Source: Octopus sinensis
Taxonomy: Eukaryota
DNA: 64,000 nt
NCBI RefSeq assembly: GCF_006345805.1
Contig: NC_043005.1
Coordinates: forward strand, 8,866,001-8,930,000
Direction of reading: 5' to 3'
In this document: one piece after another, positions 55,087-64,000 of the stretch
Layout of the letters: every line of letters starts with the position of its first letter
Position numbering within the stretch: the first letter of the stretch is position 1
Notes under the pieces: model-generated
The model's database searches: none
Told to the model about the DNA's origin: nothing
The model's input: the letters and a program-made list of their open reading frames with translations, nothing else
Translations under genes and position numbers: made by a program

Positions 55087-55618
55087 ATGCCCTGATGCAG
55101 TACCAAGGTAGTTGCTCTCATGGCTTCTGGCCTTAACTGATTGGAAGTGTTATGTACATTGTTGTTTGGTCTTGGTATGAAAGATGGGCTACGACAAATA
55201 TTCTGCTCAATACCACAGATTCGCTTGACAAGTTGAGTATGTCTATTAGTGGCTGACGATATGTGAATCTCTGATCATGAGGAGAAGTATTGAAGGAGAA
55301 TCATAGCCATGTGCTGAAAGGAATTCTTTGAGGTTTGGATAATTCAGGCTTTGAAAACATTGTTGTTTTCTTCATCATCTTTAAACAACCCTTATTCAGG
55401 GACCTTTTGAGCAGGATAGGCTACGGCAGAAAATTCTAACTGGGCCTCACCTGCAAGTTCATACTTTGTTTATCTTGATATTAGATCACTATATCGCGCA
55501 CATATGCTTGCGATGCATGTGCTTGGTATACCGTTCTCAGACGGGTAGTCATGATGGGGATACTTGGTTTCGTATATTTTACCCGTTTCACTTTGATGGC
55601 ATGCACTGCTCTCTCACT
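54491..55618. repeat. Two tandem copies of family X separated by (AAT)n
   Basis: 54491-55046 and 55087-55618 are homologous to 2756-3297. Confidence 0.85.
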
Positions 55619-55626
55619 AAATAATG

Positions 55627-55690
<64 letters not shown>

Positions 55691-55704
55691 TAATAATAAT
55701 AATA

Positions 55705-56330
55705 ATTCCTTCTACTATAGGCACAAGGCCTATAGAATTTTGTGGGGAGAGGGACAGTCGATCACATCGCACCCAGTACTCAGCTGGTACTTAATTTATC
55801 GACTCCAAAAGGATGAACGGCAAAGTTGACCTCGACGGAATTTGAACTCAGAACGTGGCGGCGGACGAAATACTACTAAATACCGTATCTTGCCAGGCGC
55901 GCTAACGAATCTGACAGCTCACCCCCTTAGTTAAACCCCCTCCTCCTCCTCCTTCACCTCCTCGTCCTCCTCCTCCTCCTACTACTACTCCTACTCTACT
56001 ACTACTACTACTAATAATAATAATGATAATAATAAAAAGAAGAAGAAGAAGCAGAAGAAGAAGAAGAAGAAGAAGAAGAAGAAGAAGAAGAAGAAGAAGA
56101 AGAAGAAGAAGAAGAAGAAGAAGAAGAAGAAGGGTTTCTAAGTTTGGTAGAATGCCAGCAATTTTGGAGAAGGGTCTAAGTTGATTACATCGAGACCAGC
56201 GTTCAGCTGGTCCCTATTTCATTGACCCCGAAAGGATGAAAGGTAAAGACAGCCTTGGTGGAATTTGAACGTAGATGGTAAAGACGGACGAAATGCGGCT
56301 AAACATTTTGTCCGGTATGCAACAACAACA
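55705..56330 (-). mobile_element. Two SINE family C copies separated by a compound microsatellite
   Basis: ~55705-55925 and ~56130-56330. Confidence 0.75.
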
Positions 56331-56718
56331 ATGACAACAGCAACAACAACGGCACAGTCAAACAGGCTTATTTCGAGCTAACGAGGAAATGATCCCGGAG
56401 AGTTTATCGACCTGATACAAATAGCTAAATTTAACGCCAAGCAGTGTTTAGGCATAAGCGAACTTTATGTCTAAACACTGCTTGGCGCTGATACTGCTTC
56501 AAATTTATATATGCATGAGTAGCTATACGCATCTATATTTGTATATATGGGGAAACAGCTTCCTTTTTAGAATTGATATATTGAAAAAATGTCTATATTC
56601 TGCTTTATCCTTGTCTTTGTGTACCAGACCGTTGTAATTCATTAGGAAAAATATTCTCAAAATTCATTCTTATCTATTTTGCCAGGCTACCTCAAACGTT
56701 GTGATGTGGTATAGTGTT

Positions 56719-57181
56719 GGCGGCGAGCTGGCAGGTACGTTAGCACGCCGGGCGAAATGCGTAGCCGTATTTCGTCTCCTTTTACGTTTCTGAGTTCAAA
56801 TTCCGCCGAGGTCAACTTTGCCTTTCATCTTTTCGGGGTCGATAAATTAAGTACCAGTTACGCACTGGAGTCGATGTAATCGACTTAATCCGTTTGTCTG
56901 TCCTTGTTTGTCCCCTCTGTGTGAAGCCCATTGTGGGCAATGAAGAAATATATTTCTCTACTACCCACAAGAGGCTAAACACAGAGGGGACAAACAAGGA
57001 CAGACAAACGGATTAAGTCGATTACATCGACCCAAGTGCGTAACTGGTACTTAATTTATCGACCCCGAAAGGATGAAAGGCAAAGTCGACCTCGGCGAAA
57101 TTTGAACTCAGAACGTAACGGCAGACGAAATACGGCTACGCATTTCGCCCGGCGTGCTAACGTTTCTGCCAGCTCGCCGCC
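56719..57181. mobile_element. Tail-to-tail SINE family C pair forming a ~463-bp palindrome
   Basis: Centre agaaata|tatttct at 56950/56951. Confidence 0.92.
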
Positions 57182-57519
57182 TTCTGAATGAAATAGATAT
57201 AGCGTTGGCTTTTGTAGTGCTCCTTTTATATGGGACAGGTTTTGTTTATACAAAACTTACAGCTAGATTTCAGCTCATGTAGATTTTGCAGCTACAATTC
57301 CAAGTTAGATTATTGGACTTCTATATCATTTTGGCAGTTAACATTCCATATAATCGCATTTGTATTTTGGCCAGCGGTGACACTTTTATCTTGTTTGTGA
57401 CGTTTGTACATAGTAAGTTAACTCCAGCCTTGTCATGCGATATGTTACACGCTATCGTTGACCTGTTTCTCTTGTTTTGATCGGTGTATATTCATTGTAG
57501 TCTTGTCTTATGATATAAA

Positions 57520-57917
57520 CTACCAGTATAGCCCGGCGTTGCTCGGGTTTGTAAGGGAAATAACTATATAAGCATTTTTAGAGATGTAAAGTATAATAGC
57601 CATCTCAATATGGCTAACCACAGAAGTGGGGGGTGTTACTGTAGCTTTTTACGTTCTGAGATTTAATAATAAATTTTTAGAGAGTTACTACCCTTATATA
57701 TGCCAAAAATCCATTGAAAATAGAAAAAAATTGATGGTAATTTTTTTTTAAATCGTAGACTCATCGTAGACGCGCGCTAATACCCAGAAGGGCTCTATAT
57801 GAATCACGACTATAAGATACCCGGTTTTGGTTAAACTGCCCCGCAAAATGTGGGAGTAGTTAGGAATCTAAATCGTGGGAGACAGACAGCACACAACCTC
57901 ACTTTTATATATAAAGA
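57520..57917 (-). mobile_element. Non-autonomous Helitron, copy 2
   Basis: Reverse complement of 4644-5024; 3' end reads GTAG. Confidence 0.8.
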
Positions 57918-58080
57918 TATTGCTTCCATAAACTGTCATTTATCTCTGGAGTATTCTATGAAATATGGATATATTATCTGCTTGTATGGTTTTATCTAAC
58001 TTTGTTTTTTGGTGAGTGGTGTAGTATGTAGCAGTTGTTCCTTGACGCGAAAGCCTTTGTTTAATATAAGAGTTGGAGAA

Positions 58081-58415
58081 GGCGGCGAGCTGGCAGAAAC
58101 GTTAGCACGCCGGACGAAATGCTTAGCGGTATTTCGTCTGCCATTACGCTGTGAGTTCAAATTCCGCCGAGGTCGACTTTGCCTTTCATCCTTTCGGGGT
58201 CGATAAATTAAGTACCAGTTACGCACTGGGGTCGATATAAAAACGACTTAATCCGTTTGTTTGTCCTTGTTTGTCTCCTCTGTGTGTGGCCCCTTGTGGG
58301 TAGTAAAGTAAAGAAATAGGTATTTCGTCTGCCGTTACGTTCTGAGTTCAAATTTCACCGATGCCAACTTTGCCTTTCATCCTTTCGTGTTCGATTAACT
58401 AAGTACCAGTTGCGC
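58081..58415 (+). mobile_element. SINE family C tandem dimer
   Basis: Junction aagaaatagg|tatttcgtctgcc near 58320. Confidence 0.88.
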
Positions 58416-58629
58416 ACATTTATCGCACATTTATCGCATTGTTGTGAAACATTTTGAGAATCGTGAATGTGTTTGTACACATACATTCGAGGACAGCACC
58501 TTCCTCGCCCAACATAAATATACACATAAATATTACATACACACATAATTTCTTATCACTCGCTGATGAAGGGGTCAGAAAAACAATGTATTAAGTTCAA
58601 TGTATTAAGTTCAATGTTTGATATACATA

Positions 58630-59034
58630 GGCGCAGGAGTGGCTGTGTGGTAAGTAGCTTGCTAACCAACCACATGGTTCCGGGTGCAGTCCCACTGCGT
58701 GGCATCTTGGGCAAGTGTCTTCTGCTATAGCCTCGGCCGACTAATGCCTTGTGAGTGGATTTGGTAGACGGAAACTGAAAGAAGCCTGTCGTATATATGT
58801 ATATATGTATGTGTGTGTATATGTTTGTGTGTCTGTGTTTGTCCCCCTAGCATTGCTTGACAACCGATACTGGTGTGTTTACGTCCCCGTCACTTAGGGG
58901 GTTCGGCAAAAGACCGATAGAACAAGTACTAGGCTTGCAAAGAATAAGTCCCGGGGTCGATTTGCTCGACTAATGGCGGTGCTCCAGCATGGCCGCAGTC
59001 AGATGACTGAAACAAGTAAAAGAGTAAAGAGAGT
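58630..59034 (+). mobile_element. SINE family B
   Basis: Full length. Confidence 0.92.
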
Positions 59035-59204
59035 ATGATTGTCATTAATATTCATATTTCAATCTATTTTCTGCGTCTCTGTGTTATATAACAATCACAT
59101 TTGCTTATGGTGTTACTTTTTCTCATTTAATAATCTGATATGCATCGAAATGTAGCTTCATTAAAGTTGCCAAAGTATCTTTTTCCCACCATCCTTCACT
59201 TTAT

Positions 59205-59265
59205 CCATCCATCCACCCATCCATCCATCAACCCATCCCTCCCTCCGCCCTCCCTCCCTCCTTCC

Positions 59266-59354
<89 letters not shown>

Positions 59355-59481
59355 CCTACCTACCTACCTACCTACCTCCCTACATACCTACCTACCTACC
59401 TACATACATACATACATACCTATGTATGTATGTATATATGTATCCATCCATCCATCCATCCATCCATCCATCTATCCATCC

Positions 59482-59539
<58 letters not shown>

Positions 59540-59918
59540 ATATTTATCTATCTTTCCGTAGGCTTTTCTTTCCACGGGTAAACCTCATCTGTCCTCCCCT
59601 TTACACTTCATATTGACATTTCTGTGATAACGATCCCTATTGATCATTTTTTTTTCCTCTCCCCCTTTTTTTTAACCCCCCTTTTTTGTCCTCTTTCTCT
59701 CCTTTTACGATCCCTTTTGATCGAAACTACCCCCTTTCTTTTTTTTTTTTTTAACCTTCAAAAGAAAAGATCTACCTTGTAATTTGTTCTATCTGTGTGC
59801 AGCCCTGTGTGGCTAATAAAGAAACATATCTATCTATCTATCTATCTATCTAACTACCTACCTATCTATATATCTATGTATCTATCTATTCATCCATCCA
59901 TCTATCTATCTATCTATC

Positions 59919-59985
<67 letters not shown>

Positions 59986-60070
59986 TTATCTATCTATCTG
60001 TGTATCCATCCATAAGTCTATCATCCATCCATCCGTCTATCATCCATCCATCCACCTATCTATCTGTCTA
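59205..60070. repeat. (ATCC)/(ATCT)/(ACCT) tetranucleotide arrays
   Basis: Seen directly, interrupted at about 59560-59825. Confidence 0.9.
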
Positions 60071-60869
60071 TCAAACTCGTTGTCTATATTTCTCTTTCTC
60101 TGTCTCTGTCTCTCTCTCTCTCTGTCTGTCTTCTGTATTTACATACATACATACATAAATATATCTATCTATATATATATATATATATATATATGTGCAC
60201 ACATTATATATGCATACACTAACGCACAAACAGAGACACGTACCCCGCCATATTTATTATTGACTGAACGTCTCTTGTTATGTTTGCCTGCCAGTCAGCG
60301 ACAGAAGTGACAAGATAGGATTAATCGAATTGAAATAGGATGTTTACTTTCCGCTCAGCTCGTATGATGCGATGTGATGAATCATAGAAAACTAGAATGA
60401 TTTTGACAGTAACAATGTCATCAGATTCAACATAAGAGACTTTTGATAGCAGTAAATACTACTGCACTGATATATAATATGTTTTCAGAGACCTCATCGA
60501 CTGTCCAGGAACACGGGTGACTGGGAGTTAGATAACTTCATGTTTATGGCGGTATGGTTTCTGAGCCGATCGTAAATCTGATAAGCAAAATGAAATAGAG
60601 CTGCCAGCTAGCATGGAATATGCTTTCTTCGTTCACACCAGTTGTCCTATGTACAGGTCTCTAATTGACATCGCATTCATCATAGTACATTTACTGTCGG
60701 CATGATCCCGAATGATAACATAAGAAGCATACTAAACGTGAGTGTTGGCGTGTGCGTGCATTGTGTATGTGTGTGTGAGTATGTACACGCACACATGCAG
60801 ACGCACGTACACAAACACTAAGGACCACAGCTAAAAATACATATATATATATATATATATATGTATACG

Positions 60870-60904
<35 letters not shown>

Positions 60905-60917
60905 GTGTGTGTGTTTA

Positions 60918-60988
<71 letters not shown>

Positions 60989-61036
60989 GTGTGTGAGTTT
61001 ATATATGTATATATATATATATATATATGTACATAC

Positions 61037-61067
<31 letters not shown>

Positions 61068-61462
61068 ATATATAAGCACAAGTATACACACACACTCACA
61101 CACATACACACATACACATGTACACACGTACACACGTACACATATATGCTTGAGTACAGGATTTTGGCAATGTGATATAAGGCCTGTAGTATAGTATTTA
61201 AGGATTTGACATGTTAACAGAAAGTAAGATTGCCGTCATGTTCCAAATGCTCCGAAGCAAGTATGTAAAGAAACCCAGCTTTTTTCCAAACATAAGGCAC
61301 TATCTTTAAACACACTTATTTTATACAGAGTAACATTATACGTTTAGAAAGAGATAAGGGTTGAACGAAAACTTGTATTTCGTCCTTCACTCGAAATGGT
61401 TGTGTGAACGCGAAAACGCGAATCCTCGAGATACTGTAAATTTTATTAATGTTGAGCGATAT

Positions 61463-61659
61463 GCGCTCGTGTGGCTGTGTGATAAGAAACTTGCTTCCCA
61501 ACCCCTTGATTCTAGGTTCAATAACGCTCCGTGGCACCTTGGGCAAGTGTTCTCTACTGTAGTCTCGCGTCGACCAAAACCCGGTGAGTGGATCTGGTAA
61601 ACAGAAATTAAAAGGAGCCTGTTGCATATATATATATATGAATGTATATATATGTATAT

Positions 61660-61712
<53 letters not shown>

Positions 61713-61926
61713 CTAAGGGTTTTTCTGTCTGTTTTTGTTACCTCATCATCGTTTGGCAATCAGTGTCGATGTGTTTACATCCCGTGACTTTGCGGTTCAG
61801 CAAAACAAACCGACAGAATAAGTAGCAAGCTTAAAAAATATTTACGGGGTTCGATTCATTCGACAAGATATATACAAAGTGGAGCTGCAGCACGTCCGCA
61901 GTCTAATGCCTGAAACAGATAAAAGA
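61463..61926 (+). mobile_element. SINE family B, diverged
   Basis: Recognisable head, body and tail. Confidence 0.75.
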
Positions 61927-62574
61927 TATACATAAACACGCACACACATACACACACACACATACACACACACACGCACACACACATACAGAGACACACA
62001 CACACCACACATACACACACACACACATGTTGCTTTGTAAACTGTTGTAGTGGGGTTTATGCGTCAGTTCTGGAATTCTATGACGTGGTAACGTGCGGAA
62101 GTAATTATTTTGCTGAGTATGGATCCTCTGAGTTAAATATGGAAATCAATTATATACAATGATTTCCGTTATGTCGCTGATGCCATCCCGCGACTTGCTG
62201 ATAATGTAATCATCGCCACCCGTTCTGTGTGACAATCACTACTTCAGTGCTATCTCCGACTCGAAAAATATGCAATCAATTCTAGCAACGTTATTATCAA
62301 TTAAACTAGAATCGCCACCAACTCCACTAAAAATCAATGTTTAAGCATAAAAGGCAAATATTAATCCACCAGTGCCGCCACAAAAAAATAATAAAATAAG
62401 CCAGCTGCAACTCCACCATCAATATCAGGAACACGGTCATCCCCAGCATCACTGCACGCTCACCATCACTATTAGGACCACGGTCATCTCAACCTCCGTC
62501 ACCAGCGTCACCACTACTAACACCATTGCTACTATCACGTGGCCGATTACGATAGCCCCCTACTGCTATGGGGA

Positions 62575-63130
62575 CTACCCACCACCTCCACCATCACGAC
62601 AACCAGCTCCACAAATACTACAGTCACCACCACCACCATCGATACCACCACCACCACCACACCACCACCACAACCACCACCACCACCATTGATACCACGA
62701 CAAGTAGGAGGACCATGCTGGATATAATTACCACGACGACGACTATCCACCATCACCATCAGCACCACCACCCGCAGCAGCAGCAGCACCACCACCACCA
62801 CCACAACCACCACTACCACCACCACAACCACCACCACCACCACCACCACCACAACCACCACCACTACCACCACTACTACCACCACCACCGCCACCACTAC
62901 CACTACCACCACTACCACCACCACCGCCACCACTACCACTACCACCACTACCACCACCACCACCACAACCACCACCACCACCACCACCACCACTACCACC
63001 ACTACCACCACCACTACCACCACTACCACCACCACCACCATCACCACCACAACCACCACTACCACCACAACCACCACCGCCACCACTACCAGTACCACCA
63101 CTACCACCACTACCACCACTAACAACAACA
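62575..63130. repeat. (CCA/CTA) trinucleotide array
   Basis: Seen directly; explains the poly-H/T/V ORFs. Confidence 0.95.
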
Positions 63131-63172
63131 AAAACGTAACACTATGCTAGACTTTCACTAAAATGGCTGCTA

Positions 63173-63406
63173 TTCTCTTTACTCTTTTATTTGTTTCAGT
63201 CATTTGACTGCGGTCACGCTGGAGCACCGCCTTTAGTCGAGCATATCGCCCCCAGGACTTATTCTTTGTAAGCCTAGTACTTATTCTATCGGTCTCTTTC
63301 GCCGAACTGCTAAGTTACTGGTACGTAAACACACCAGCATCGGTTGTCAAGCGATGTTGGGCGGAACAAACGCAGAAACACACACACACACACACACACA
63401 TACACG

Positions 63407-63444
<38 letters not shown>

Positions 63445-63615
63445 CATATATACGACGGGCTTCTTTCAGTTTCCGTCTACCAAATCCACTCACAAGGCTT
63501 TCGTCAGCCCGAGGCTATAGTTGAAGACACTTGCTCAAGGTGCCACCCAGTGGGACTGAACCCGGAACTATGTGGTTCGTAAGCAAGCTACTTACCTCAC
63601 AGCCACTCCTACGCC
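63173..63615 (-). mobile_element. SINE family B
   Basis: Full length, reverse strand. Confidence 0.9.
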
Positions 63616-64000
63616 TATCAATATTTATATTGCAAGATCTCTTCCATCACCGTCCACATCATCACAATTGCACCCACCGTTCTTACCAATAGTCGCTGTT
63701 TATAATTTTCACTTGCAACGAAGATGCTGTAAACGGAATACAGAATTCACACTAGCATCAACGAAATATTTTTCCCTCCAGAACAGTATCTTTCACACAA
63801 TCTTCGCTGCTGACCAATCTAATCAGCGTGATTTATTTTATTCTATTGATATATTTGCGTGGGATGTTCTGTAACCCCATATCTGAAGTCTATTAAATTA
63901 TTAGCACTTTGCAGAAATGAGCATGCAACAGACACCATAAATATACTTATACTTCACAAACTATAGAAGAAAAACCGAGCGAATTCTCTGGTTTCACTTT

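Noticed and set aside
58556-58590. cactcgCTGATGAagggg
   Set aside because: Only the 5' half of a PLE-type hammerhead; no stem II partner or stem III
62547-63131. His/Thr/Val-rich ORFs
   Set aside because: Trinucleotide repeat artefacts

Overview
AT-rich, repeat-dominated animal genomic DNA. The SINE families and microsatellite load look like octopus (inferred from recognition, not a database search). I recognise no host protein-coding gene; most ORFs in the track are microsatellite translations. The window holds many tRNA-type SINEs (families labelled A-D by me), decayed LINEs (Tx1/L1, RTE, R4/Dong), mariner, maT and pogo DNA-transposon remnants, MITEs with internal telomere-like repeats, two non-autonomous Helitrons and a Penelope-like element (PLE) 3' end. 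The main find is hammerhead ribozymes (HHRs). At 40.6-42.6 kb, three head-to-tail ~473-bp non-coding units plus a fold-back copy each carry a type I HHR with a long stem II and a palindromic stem III, a retrozyme/PLE-pLTR-like array predicted to release ~473-476-nt monomers. Other HHR families lie at 17.8 kb (mirror pair in a ~335-bp palindrome), 34.8 kb (compensatory U3-A8 core), 38.4 kb (one C3G change) and 47.2 kb (downstream of a GIY-YIG fragment). Structures were folded by eye and activity is untested.
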